Below, one piece after another: positions 10,244 to 19,625 of a stretch of 64,000 nt of DNA (position 1 is its first letter; each line of letters begins with the position of its first letter). A program made the position numbers and the translations under genes. Origin of the DNA: an uncultured Thermococci archaeon (lineage in GTDB: Archaea; CAYQAE01; CAYVLA01); contig CAZJVP010000020.1 of assembly GCA_964549615.1 (NCBI GenBank), forward strand, positions 96,001 through 160,000, read 5' to 3'. The notes below the pieces were generated by a model that worked only from the letters and a program-made list of their open reading frames with translations, was not told the DNA's origin and did no database searches.

Positions 10244-11289
10244 AGATTGATCCGCTGCCATCCGCAATCGCCGTCGGCATCTTCTTGATCACGATCTCGG
10301 TCCTTGACCTTTCGTTGGCGCCCGAGACGAGCAAGGCCTATCTGGCGATCATGTGCGGAGCCATGTTCTTCGCCGCGTCCATTGTCTCAAGACGAGGAGG
10401 GGCTGCTGAGTTGGGTGCTCAGACCGTCGCCTCCTATGCCACGCTCTTGGTCGCCGCGCTCGTTTTCTTCTCGCTGCCCCTTCCGGTACCCATTTTTTCG
10501 CTCGTCACCGGGCAGGAGGCCGTCCTTAGCGAAGCCCATGAGGGAAACATCACGACTGCCAGGGTCCTCATCAGCTTGGATATGGTGAACCTTGAACTCT
10601 CGCTCGAGAACTCCAACACGTCGGGATACAGGATAAGCTCCGAGATGGCAGCCCGGGGCGTGACCAAGAAGGCAGCGTCCCGGGTCTTGGAGAAGTGCAG
10701 ACTCGAGATATTTGACGTGGGGGGCAACATCAGCGTCCGATTGACGGGGCCCAAGCGCCTGCAGATAAGGGTTAGGCCTCGCCTGACCATCCGGGTGCCG
10801 ACGAACGCCACCGTAAACCTCGAGGTCAGATCTACCAAGGGGTCGCTGAACCTGACCGGGCTCTCCTGCGGAAGGATAGGCGCTTGGATGAAAACGGGCA
10901 CCATCAGCGCCCGTTCTCTCAGCGCGTGGTCGTGCGAATTGGTCCTGGACAACGGTCCAATCGACATCGAAGTCGTGGCTCGACAGCTTCGCCTCCAGAC
11001 CATAATCGGCGACATCCGCGTCCTGTCGCTCAGGCCCGAAGCCGATCTGTCGGCAGAAAGCGTTAATGGCAAGATAGACGCTCGGCTGAACTTTTCGGAC
11101 GAGATCGGCTACTGGGTCGAGGCCGACACAATCGGTGGATCCATACAGGTCAACCTGACCAACGTTCTCGTGATCAAGCAGAAGACCGGCTTCATCTCCG
11201 TCAGAAGCCGAGATCTAGAGGAGAAGAAGGCGATCACCAACGTATATGCAAGGACGACAACGGGCAACATCACGATAGCTCAGGCCTAG
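10240..11289 (+). CDS. DUF4097 (Toastrack/adhesin beta-strand repeat) membrane protein
   Basis: N-terminal TMs then repeats STKGSL, KTGTI, DNGPI, TIIGDI, SVNGKI, TIGGSI, TTTGNI; TTG start overlapping upstream TGA. Confidence 0.8.
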   Translation: MKIDPLPSAIAVGIFLITISVLDLSLAPETSKAYLAIMCGAMFFAASIVSRRGGAAELGAQTVASYATLLVAALVFFSLPLPVPIFSLVTGQEAVLSEAHEGNITTARVLISLDMVNLELSLENSNTSGYRISSEMAARGVTKKAASRVLEKCRLEIFDVGGNISVRLTGPKRLQIRVRPRLTIRVPTNATVNLEVRSTKGSLNLTGLSCGRIGAWMKTGTISARSLSAWSCELVLDNGPIDIEVVARQLRLQTIIGDIRVLSLRPEADLSAESVNGKIDARLNFSDEIGYWVEADTIGGSIQVNLTNVLVIKQKTGFISVRSRDLEEKKAITNVYARTTTGNITIAQA

Positions 11290-11325
11290 CCGTCCAACCA
11301 CTTCGAAATGCCGACAGCGCACACA

Positions 11326-11670
11326 CTACTTCTTGGCCTTGGCCAGGCCCAGGCGTGCCCTCATGTCCTTGTTCCGGATCAGCTTTCCGACGATGTCTTT
11401 CAGCAAGGGATTCTCTCCGCCGCGGTTCTTCGTCTCGTACTCAAGGGCCATGAGCGTCTCACGAATCTTCTTCTTGACCGCCCTAGAGGCCAACGGCATG
11501 GACGCCTTCTGGTAGAGGGAAGAGCTCTCGTCGTAGCACACGATGGCCCTCTTCATGCATTCAACTCTGCCACCAGGGTTTGATGACTCCTTGTACGCCT
11601 TGAGCATGAGGAGGTCACCTTGACCCTCCAGTGACGAGGCTTCTAGCAATCCGGAGGAATCGATCTTCAT
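11326..11670 (-). CDS. Hypothetical alpha-helical protein
   Basis: 114-aa ORF filling the gap, with TTTAAG TATA-like element upstream; no family recognised. Confidence 0.6.
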   Translation of the reverse strand: MKIDSSGLLEASSLEGQGDLLMLKAYKESSNPGGRVECMKRAIVCYDESSSLYQKASMPLASRAVKKKIRETLMALEYETKNRGGENPLLKDIVGKLIRNKDMRARLGLAKAKK

Positions 11671-11716
11671 CTCAATCTAAGATCTGCGGCAGGATGCCGA
11701 ATCTTCTTAAATCTTG

Positions 11717-12655
11717 TCAACTCTCCCGACCCCGGTATGCGATCTCCACTCCTGTATCCCGCCTCCGTTCGGACTCTGCCACGACTAGGCCGGCGATTAT
11801 CGCTGCAGAACAGGCCAGTTGGACTGCTGAGAGCGAATCACCCAGAAACGCTCTCCCAAGTATCAGCGCGACGACCGGAACCAGGAATATGAAGCCCGCC
11901 GCCCTTGAAGCCTCCATGCGGCTGAGAGCCCCGACATAGCATGAATAGGCCAAAACCGTCGGAACCAACGCGAGGATGAGCAGCAGTCCTACCTCTGAAC
12001 CGGATAACTTGGCCACCCACCCGAGCGGTTCGGTCGCCGCCGCGAAAGCCAATAGAGGAATCGTCCCGCCGATCGAAGTTCCGGCAAGCAGCGACATGGG
12101 GTGCACCCTATCCAGTATGGACGCCCTCAGCGCAACGGTGTAGAAGGCGTAAGCCACGCTGCTGCCGACGATCAACGCCAGTCCGTATGCGGAAGCGTTG
12201 CCCGACCCTTTCGAACCGAACGAGAGCACCATCGTCCCCGAGAACGCCGCGATCGACCCAACCAACCTCCTTGCACCAAACCGCTCGTCCAGAAGAACCG
12301 CCGCGATGATGGCAGTGTAGATCGGGCCCGCCCCTTGGACGACCCCGGACAGGCTTGCGCTGAGATGGAGCATGCCGTAGTTTTGGAGGATGTTCGGCAG
12401 GAAGGTGCCCACGAAACCTATGGCGAAGAACCTTCCCCACAAGGCACGGCTGAGGAGCTGATCCCGCAGCCTCGGAATCGCAAGGGTCACGCATAGCAGG
12501 ACGAGCGCAGCGATCCCAAACCTTGCCGCTGCGAGTCCCGCCGGCGGCAGGGTGCCCAGCGCCATCTTTATCCACGTGAATGATGCTCCCCAGCAGACGA
12601 CGGATACGAGCATCAGGCAGCTCCCAACCAGGCCCGAGTTCGATCGGCTCTTCAA
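11717..12655 (-). CDS. EamA/DMT family transporter
   Basis: CWGASF, RFGIA, duplicated 5-TM halves, LLDERF; start codon uncertain. Confidence 0.9.
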   Translation of the reverse strand: MKSRSNSGLVGSCLMLVSVVCWGASFTWIKMALGTLPPAGLAAARFGIAALVLLCVTLAIPRLRDQLLSRALWGRFFAIGFVGTFLPNILQNYGMLHLSASLSGVVQGAGPIYTAIIAAVLLDERFGARRLVGSIAAFSGTMVLSFGSKGSGNASAYGLALIVGSSVAYAFYTVALRASILDRVHPMSLLAGTSIGGTIPLLAFAAATEPLGWVAKLSGSEVGLLLILALVPTVLAYSCYVGALSRMEASRAAGFIFLVPVVALILGRAFLGDSLSAVQLACSAAIIAGLVVAESERRRDTGVEIAYRGRES

Positions 12656-12791
12656 CGGCCGGTCCAGGAAATCCTTCGATAAATGTCTATCAGTCGGCGA
12701 GTCGGCGACTAGCCGGCCAGCCATCCTACGTTCGTTCTGCACCCCCTGGCAGCTTTCCAGTTGATTATCGTTAGGGCAACCTTCGGGCAGC

Positions 12792-12827
12792 GAGCCGCGA
12801 GCCGTGAGCCGTGAAACCTTTATTAGG
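12792..12827 (+). promoter_or_regulatory. Three tandem GAGCCGY heptamers followed by BRE/TATA (GAAACCTTTATTA)
   Basis: GAGCCGC GAGCCGT GAGCCGT abuts a TATA-like box about 40 bp before the ATG at 12863. Confidence 0.45.
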
Positions 12828-12862
12828 CCTAGTCCGTGCTGCCTCGCACGCGGGTGATCGCG

Positions 12863-13648
12863 ATGAAGTTGGCATGCCAGGAAAACTTGGTTCCGGGCAA
12901 GACCCTGAACGAGAAGCTCACCAAGATGGAGTCGTACGGATTCAGGGGGGCCGAATTCTGGGGCCGAGGACTGCCCGAACGGATGGATGAGATAAAGGAA
13001 GCCCTTGCCTCCACAAAGCTGAAGGCCTCAACGATATGTGCGGGCTATGGGGGGTGCCTGCTGGACACCGACAAGAACGAGAGGAAGAAGGCAATGGAGG
13101 ACATCAAGGCGCTCCTCAAGGCTGGAGCTGACCTCGGCGTGGTTGGGCTCATCACGGTTCCGATCTTCGGCGGGCCGCGCATCCCGGACCTCACCCCTTA
13201 CGCGCCTGCCGTGGAGATAGAGAAGAAGCTGCTCGTGCTGGAACTCAAGGAGCTCGGCAAACATGCACAGGACGTCGGGTGCCTTGTCCTGTTGGAGCCG
13301 CTGAACAGGTACGAGACGCATCTTCTCCGTACCCTGAACGATGCAATGGAGATCCAGAAGGCGGTGGGCATCGACAGCGTGAAGATAATGGCGGACTTCT
13401 TCCACATGAGCATTGAGGAGAGGGACATCGCAGCAAGCCTTCGGGAGGCTGGGGACGCTGTGAGCCACATACATCTGGCCGACAGCACGAGGCAGCTGCC
13501 CGGTTACGGGCATACCGATTTCAGGTCCGGCTTCGCCGCGCTCAAGAAGATTGGATACGACAAGTACATGGCACTCGAATGCGGCGTGCCCGGCGACCCC
13601 GAGGTTGAGCTTCCCAAGGCCGTCAAGTACCTCAAGTCGTGCATGTGA
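12863..13648 (+). CDS. Sugar phosphate isomerase/epimerase (xylose isomerase-like TIM barrel)
   Basis: LEPLNRYE, DFFHMSIEE, HIHLADS.RQLPGYG, ALEC metal-binding motifs; GGTGA SD. Confidence 0.92.
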   Translation: MKLACQENLVPGKTLNEKLTKMESYGFRGAEFWGRGLPERMDEIKEALASTKLKASTICAGYGGCLLDTDKNERKKAMEDIKALLKAGADLGVVGLITVPIFGGPRIPDLTPYAPAVEIEKKLLVLELKELGKHAQDVGCLVLLEPLNRYETHLLRTLNDAMEIQKAVGIDSVKIMADFFHMSIEERDIAASLREAGDAVSHIHLADSTRQLPGYGHTDFRSGFAALKKIGYDKYMALECGVPGDPEVELPKAVKYLKSCM

Positions 13649-13657
13649 GGCGATTAC

Positions 13658-14620
13658 GTGCCGGTCAGAGTCGGATTCGTCGGCGTAGGCGGAATAGCGC
13701 AGGGACACCTCAACAACGTCAAGAGGAATCCCCTGGCCGAGCTCGTCGCCGTCTGCGACATAGTTGAGGAGAAGGCGAAAGCGGCGTCCGAGAAGTTCGG
13801 CGCCAAGCCCTACACCAACTTTGCGGACATGATCAAGAGGGAAGATCTGCAGGCGCTCTACGTCTGCGTCCCGCCGCACGCACACGGCAAGGTCGAGTTG
13901 CTCGCGGCTGAGAAGGGGATATCCCTTTTCATAGAGAAGCCGCTGGCCTCCGACCCGCTCACCCCGGAGAGAATCGCAAAGGCCATCTCGAGAAAAGGGG
14001 TGATCGCAAGCGTGGGTTACAACTGGCGTTACAGCGACATGACGGACAGAGCCCTCGAAATCCTTAAGGACAAGACCATCGGACTGGTCCTAGGATACTG
14101 GATGGGCGGGCTGCCCGGGGTAGCTTGGTGGCGGGTGAAGGCCCAGTCGGGAGGCCAGGCCGTTGAGCAGACGACTCACATCTTTGACATGGCGAGATGT
14201 CTCGCCGGCGAGGTCAAGACCGTCTATGCATCGGCTGGGCTCCAGTGCATGAAGGACGTGGAGAACCTCGACGTGGAGGACGCCTCGGCCGTGAACCTCA
14301 CCTTCAAGAACGGGGCGCCTGGAGCCATAATCTCGACCTGCATGCTCAGCCAAGGCTATCGGGTGATGATCTCGGTCTTCTCGAGGGACCTAGCCTTGGA
14401 GCACACGCAGGGGACCCTCAGGATCATGACCCCTGCGGAGGAGAGGTTGCTCAAGTCAAGGGTCGACCCATATGCCAAGGAGGATGAGATCTTCATCGAG
14501 GCAGTGTCGACGGGAAATGCCTCAAAGATAAGGTCGCCCTACGACGACGCGCTCAAGACCCACCGGGTAACGATGGCGGCAAACCGCTCCATGCGAACCG
14601 GTAGGCCAGTGGCACTGTAG
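13658..14620 (+). CDS. Gfo/Idh/MocA family oxidoreductase
   Basis: GFVGVGGIA, FIEKP, SGGQAVEQTTHIFD. Confidence 0.92.
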   Translation: MPVRVGFVGVGGIAQGHLNNVKRNPLAELVAVCDIVEEKAKAASEKFGAKPYTNFADMIKREDLQALYVCVPPHAHGKVELLAAEKGISLFIEKPLASDPLTPERIAKAISRKGVIASVGYNWRYSDMTDRALEILKDKTIGLVLGYWMGGLPGVAWWRVKAQSGGQAVEQTTHIFDMARCLAGEVKTVYASAGLQCMKDVENLDVEDASAVNLTFKNGAPGAIISTCMLSQGYRVMISVFSRDLALEHTQGTLRIMTPAEERLLKSRVDPYAKEDEIFIEAVSTGNASKIRSPYDDALKTHRVTMAANRSMRTGRPVAL

Positions 14621-15100
14621 GATTCGGGTTGGCCGGCCTTCCGCCCGTCTTAGGCCTTCAGCGTGGCGATCGCCCCGGGGTCAGATGGCTAGAGCGCGCA
14701 AGGAAGGCTTCGTCGAACACTTCTCCGAAAGCATGTACAAACTGCGGGGGGCGAGCTCTTCGATCGTTGTCCAGGAACGCGTGAGGCCCTACTCGAGCAA
14801 GCGGCATCTTCGCGTCCCATCTCCTGGCGCCGACCCAGGCAAACAGCCGGTTGGCAAAGGCCCGGCGTCCGAAAGCTGGCCGCGAAGGCGAGCTTGGGCG
14901 GCATTATCTTGCCGAATGCCAAGCGTGCCACGAGGCATGGGCCTAGCAGCCCGAATCGCAAACCCAGTTCGACACTAGAAAGATTCAGAAGGGCAAGAAA
15001 GCAAGGTCCGTTAGAGAATCTGGCAGCGATACGAATCAAAAGCACGGAGAGAGCGCGGGGGGTCCTCTACAGATCCTACCCCCGGATCAGCGGCGGCAGC

Positions 15101-15670
15101 TCAGCCAACCGACACCTCGTTATCGCCCTTGCTGCCGACGGAGAAGGAAATGGGTCGTGCGGGGATCTCGAGCATCTCGTCCGGACGCAGCAGGGAGACG
15201 GCCGCCTCCCTTCCGATGATGTGTATGTAAAGGATTCTCTCGGGGCTCACTAGATCCGGGCGCGGCCTCGCGATGCGATGCCAAAGCACCTCAACCAGCC
15301 GGGCCAGGGCACTGGAGGGTCCGCCCGTCCTGTACACCACCATCTTCCAGCCTTCGCCCTCGCGGATCCCATCTGCGACCTTGGAGGCGAGCTCGGCGAC
15401 TCTGACCGGATCGCTCGTGCACCAGAAGTCTGCGGGAATCCAGCATCGGGTGTATGAGAACCTCTCCGGCTGGATGGCGTACAGATACCTGAGACGCCTC
15501 ACCACCCTGCGTGGCTCTTCTTCCACAGCAAGCTTCACGACGCCCTCCACGTCGGCGTCAAGCAGCGACGCCCGACTTCGAACCGCGCCCAGCAGGTCGC
15601 AGACCTCAAGCCTCGCCTCCGCCGGGCAGGCCCGATCGTACGTTGAGAGCAGGTTGGCCAGGCGCTCCAT
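15101..15670 (-). CDS. THUMP domain RNA-binding protein
   Basis: NLLSTY..., RCWIPAD, WKMVVYR, PDLVSPERILYIHIIG match the archaeal stand-alone THUMP pattern. Confidence 0.75.
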   Translation of the reverse strand: MERLANLLSTYDRACPAEARLEVCDLLGAVRSRASLLDADVEGVVKLAVEEEPRRVVRRLRYLYAIQPERFSYTRCWIPADFWCTSDPVRVAELASKVADGIREGEGWKMVVYRTGGPSSALARLVEVLWHRIARPRPDLVSPERILYIHIIGREAAVSLLRPDEMLEIPARPISFSVGSKGDNEVSVG

Positions 15671-15785
15671 CGAACCAATACAAGTCAAGCGGCTAGAAAT
15701 ATTGAACGCCTACACCCAGGAGATTCCCTGCGAGGGTCTCGGCGCCAGTCCAAGAGCCAGCCTTCAGTCCGCCGACCCATGGACC

Positions 15786-18485
15786 CTACTCCAATTCGGC
15801 GTGGAGGTCTTCAAAAAGCCCCGTGAAGGCGTTGATGTACTCCTTTCGCTGCCCGTCCTCTGAGGCGTAGGTGACCTCATAGTAGGGCATATGCACGAGG
15901 CGGACCCCCTCCAGTCGATATCCGGGGTAAATGGTTCGCACCAATGCTTCCACGCCGTCACGGTCGTATCTCATTTCGAGGACGCGTTCGGCCCTCAGCA
16001 CGGCGGTGCTGGGAAGCTGCCCCTTGACCGAGTCCGGCCTGGGAGGGAACCTGATCCCCTTGGACAGGGAGCCTCTGAGGCGCCCCTTCCTGTCCTCGGA
16101 AAGTTCTATGATCCCCTTGTCCGAAAGCTCCGTCATGGCCTCGCGTATCTTGGCCCTGCCCATGCCAAGCTCCGCCTCGCATTCCTCGGGCATCCTCCCA
16201 TGGATCACGCAGCGCAAGACGCCAAGATGCCTTTCGCCAAGCGAGGTCAGGGAACGAAGGTTGCTTGACCTCCTGAAGTCGCGGAAGTCCACGACGAGCT
16301 CCCTAAGGTATGCATCGAAGAGCACCGTGCACCTGACCACAAGCCTGCCCGTCAACCACCCCTGCTTCCGAAGCGACAGGGTCGATTCGAACATCGGGCA
16401 GTGAACCAACTGAACCGACTCTATGAACTCCTTTGGCCTGCCCGTCCAGCTCTTTCTTATTCTCTCGAGTGCCATGCCCTTGGCGGAGTCCAGACGGAGA
16501 ACCACCGGGTAGGACTCGACCTCCTGACCGTGCAACGCCCGCGCTTCTGCTGTGTGCGAGCGCACCTGGGATGTCTGGACAGCTGACGGTTCCGGCTTGG
16601 ATTCAGCCCCAATCGTAGGTTCCATGAGGCTCGAGAGGCCGACCTCTTCCTCCTGGGCCACCTCTTCCCTCTCAAGAGCCGGGAACTCCTCCGTCACCTC
16701 TTGCGACTCCGGACCGCTGACTATTAGGTGGTCCGCGTAGTATCTCGCCTTCCCGCGGCCGGCATGCTCCGAACCCAGGATGATCCTAGGAACCTTCTCC
16801 CCCTGCTCGGGCTGTTCCCCGGCGTCCGCACCAGACCCTTCACCCGCCTCCAGATCGCTCGGGAGGCCGGGTGGACCAAGCGGAAGTTGGAGCTCAGCCT
16901 CAGCGGGTTCTTGGGAAGCCGGCTCATCCGGGCTTGCGGAGACTATCTCCAGCGGCTCGGCCGGGGTTTTCTCCACGGTCGCGGAAGGCGGGACGCGACC
17001 CGCCTCCTCGCCCCATATGCTGGGTATGCTCGAAACTCTCCCTTCCTGGGTGGGGCCCGGTCCCGCCTTGCTCGATGTGTCGAGAGGCGGAAGTTGCTTC
17101 TGCGGCACTGACTCCTTTCCCGAATGGTGGGTGAGCCTGGGCCTTATCTGTATAAGGAAGGCGCGCTGCTGCGTCTTCTGGTCAGCAAGGATGGCAAAGC
17201 CGGACGGTATCCCTCGGACGAAGTCGGAATCGGCCAACTGGGGAGGAAGCTTGGCCGGCACCCTCCGCAGCAGCGCCGCTATATCATCCTCCAACCCGAG
17301 GCTGTGGCCGATCAGGATGTCCACCTGCGACAGTATGTCATCATCCGTCGCAGCCGGCCTCTGCGTCGCGAATACCAAGGCACAGCCAGGCTTGCGCCCG
17401 ACCTTGGCGTACTCGATGAGGGGCTTCGATGCCGCAGTCAACCCCCTCCTTGGGATCAGAAGGTGGGCCTCGTCTATCATGAGCCAGGTCACGGGGATTC
17501 TCGGACCCTCGCCAGCGAGCCCAAGCTCCTCCCTGCGGGCATTCTCCATCCTCGCTTGCAGGATCTTCTTCGCTATGATCCCTACTATCAACGCCCTCAT
17601 CTGGTTCTCAAGCTTGGGGTGGCTTACGTCGATCACCGTCACCCTGTCCCAGACGGAGATTTCCTCTATGGGGGTTCCCTCCCGGGAAAAGATGCCCCAG
17701 TTCTCGGCGGCCTTGAGTCTCGCGATCACGCTGCGCCGGGTCGAGCGCGCGTATCCCTTCTCCTCCGAACAGAGCTCGATATCCCTATCCATGACGTCGA
17801 TTATGTCCTCGATCGTGTAGTCACTGCCCTTCCCCGGGATGAATTCGACCTCGTTTAGGCCCTTCCTGACCTTGTACCCTTGCCTAACTTTCTCCAGCGC
17901 CTCACCTATGAGCAAGCCTTGAATCTTGAACCTGTCCAGGCCGAAGACCAGGCACCATTCCTCCGAGGTGAGCTCGGACGGCTTAATGGAGAAGGACCCA
18001 TCCAGAACGTCGTTACCTTGTCCGAAGATCCCGAGAGGCCCGAGGATGCGGACGTTATCCAAGGCTTGGGGCTTGAGCCCCCATCTTTCCAGCTCGCTGA
18101 TCTCCTTCCGGTTCTGGTTTTCCTTCTTCAGCGACCAGTAGATGCCTATCGGATCGACTATCACGGTCCCGATGCCGATCCTGGTTCTGCATAGTTCCTC
18201 GGCAATGACGCCCAGGGTGTAGCTCTTCCCGCCGCCCCTCTTCCCGCAGATGAAGATGATGTGGGGAAACTTGGCATCGACATAGACGCGGTACCCGTGG
18301 AAGGACTGCCCACTTGCCTGTTTCTCGCATACCGCCCCGATGTCAAGGAGGCCCTCGAATCCCTCCCGCTTCTGCTCTTTCTTGGTCCTCCCGACAATGA
18401 TCGCCTCCTTTCCCGGGTCAAAGACCGGGTCGAGGCGCTCGTCCACTATGGGCCGGAAGCTCGTGCTAGCGTAAAGTCTTCCCAA
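15786..18485 (-). CDS. HerA/FtsK-superfamily (DUF87-type) ATPase with acidic linker and C-terminal winged-helix region
   Basis: Walker A GKRGGGKS, Walker B WLMIDEAH, GRKPG, ATQRP; Pro/Glu-rich linker. Confidence 0.88.
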   Translation of the reverse strand: MGRLYASTSFRPIVDERLDPVFDPGKEAIIVGRTKKEQKREGFEGLLDIGAVCEKQASGQSFHGYRVYVDAKFPHIIFICGKRGGGKSYTLGVIAEELCRTRIGIGTVIVDPIGIYWSLKKENQNRKEISELERWGLKPQALDNVRILGPLGIFGQGNDVLDGSFSIKPSELTSEEWCLVFGLDRFKIQGLLIGEALEKVRQGYKVRKGLNEVEFIPGKGSDYTIEDIIDVMDRDIELCSEEKGYARSTRRSVIARLKAAENWGIFSREGTPIEEISVWDRVTVIDVSHPKLENQMRALIVGIIAKKILQARMENARREELGLAGEGPRIPVTWLMIDEAHLLIPRRGLTAASKPLIEYAKVGRKPGCALVFATQRPAATDDDILSQVDILIGHSLGLEDDIAALLRRVPAKLPPQLADSDFVRGIPSGFAILADQKTQQRAFLIQIRPRLTHHSGKESVPQKQLPPLDTSSKAGPGPTQEGRVSSIPSIWGEEAGRVPPSATVEKTPAEPLEIVSASPDEPASQEPAEAELQLPLGPPGLPSDLEAGEGSGADAGEQPEQGEKVPRIILGSEHAGRGKARYYADHLIVSGPESQEVTEEFPALEREEVAQEEEVGLSSLMEPTIGAESKPEPSAVQTSQVRSHTAEARALHGQEVESYPVVLRLDSAKGMALERIRKSWTGRPKEFIESVQLVHCPMFESTLSLRKQGWLTGRLVVRCTVLFDAYLRELVVDFRDFRRSSNLRSLTSLGERHLGVLRCVIHGRMPEECEAELGMGRAKIREAMTELSDKGIIELSEDRKGRLRGSLSKGIRFPPRPDSVKGQLPSTAVLRAERVLEMRYDRDGVEALVRTIYPGYRLEGVRLVHMPYYEVTYASEDGQRKEYINAFTGLFEDLHAELE

Positions 18486-18632
18486 CCGCGGCGGCTCCCG
18501 CGTCTCAAAAGATTGGCAATCCTCTTATATTTTTTCCAAGATCCAGCGCGCAATGGCAGCCACGATTCGCGCGACAGGGACCGCCGGTTGGCTACCGTCA
18601 CGACCTAAGAATGGGGCCCTCGACGAGCGAGG

Positions 18633-19625
18633 TCAGTGGTCGGCCGATTCCCCGCCTTTCCGATGGGCCAAGAAGCTCCACCGAATCATCGCCGCGATGC
18701 AGATCAGGCCCAAGGCCCAGAAGATGCCGAGGAGGACCATCCTGCGCATTCTCTGAGATCGAGCCCTGCCTTGGGAGCGGGCGAGAAGCTCATCCTGCGT
18801 CTTCTCCCGTTGGGCGACCACTTCATGGTAGTTCGCTGAGTACGCATGGAAGCGTACATTGCCCTCGCAGACCCAGCGGTAAGCATCGGCCAACAGAACC
18901 TGGAACTCGGGCTGCTCCAGGAGCTTGCCGTAGTAACTCTCCGCGGTGGGCTGTTCCCTCAAGAAAAGGCCCGTGAAGGTGGCCGACCGTCCCCCGCGCT
19001 CACCCTCATAGGCGATCACAAGCGGTGCCCCGGTCTTCTTCTCCCGGAACAGCACCGTCCTTTTCCCTGGCAGAGCTTGCACATCGACGAGCTTCTTGTC
19101 CTGGTCACTGGCATAGGCGAAGAACTGCCCTACGACGTCGAAACTGTCCGGAAGCCCGTCTGCGAAGCCTTCCAGGCGATCGGCCCTCACGTACTCATTC
19201 ACGTATGTGCCAGCCTTCCTCACGCCGCTCCCCGTGGTGTTGCCGAAGGCCGGGAAGACCAACCTGGCCAGGTCGCCCACCTGCGTCTGCCACGAACAAC
19301 CGTAGAAGCCGATGGCCGAGCCGCCGCTGCGGAAGTACTCGGTGACTGGTTCGACCAACGCCGTCAGATCGCCGGGGGCAACGGAGGTCAGGATCAAACA
19401 CTTGACGTTAGGGAGCGCTAGGAGGGACCCCACGAGGCTGGGATCGCTGGCCACGATGATCTCCTCCCCCTGAACGCACGAGGCGTTGAGAGCTGCCGCG
19501 ACCCCTTGCGCAAGGACCCTCATGCTCCCGTCGTAAACCACGATGATTGGCCGGAACTCTGCACAGAGGGATGGGGATATGAGTAAAAACGACGCCGCCC
19601 AGAGACAGAACGCTGCGCCCCTCAC
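18633..19625 (-). CDS. Exported ThuA/GATase-like fold protein with C-terminal TM anchor
   Basis: Signal-peptide-like N-terminus, YFRSGGSAIGF motif, ERGGRSATFTG, TM near the C-terminus. Confidence 0.6.
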   Translation of the reverse strand: MRGAAFCLWAASFLLISPSLCAEFRPIIVVYDGSMRVLAQGVAAALNASCVQGEEIIVASDPSLVGSLLALPNVKCLILTSVAPGDLTALVEPVTEYFRSGGSAIGFYGCSWQTQVGDLARLVFPAFGNTTGSGVRKAGTYVNEYVRADRLEGFADGLPDSFDVVGQFFAYASDQDKKLVDVQALPGKRTVLFREKKTGAPLVIAYEGERGGRSATFTGLFLREQPTAESYYGKLLEQPEFQVLLADAYRWVCEGNVRFHAYSANYHEVVAQREKTQDELLARSQGRARSQRMRRMVLLGIFWALGLICIAAMIRWSFLAHRKGGESADH

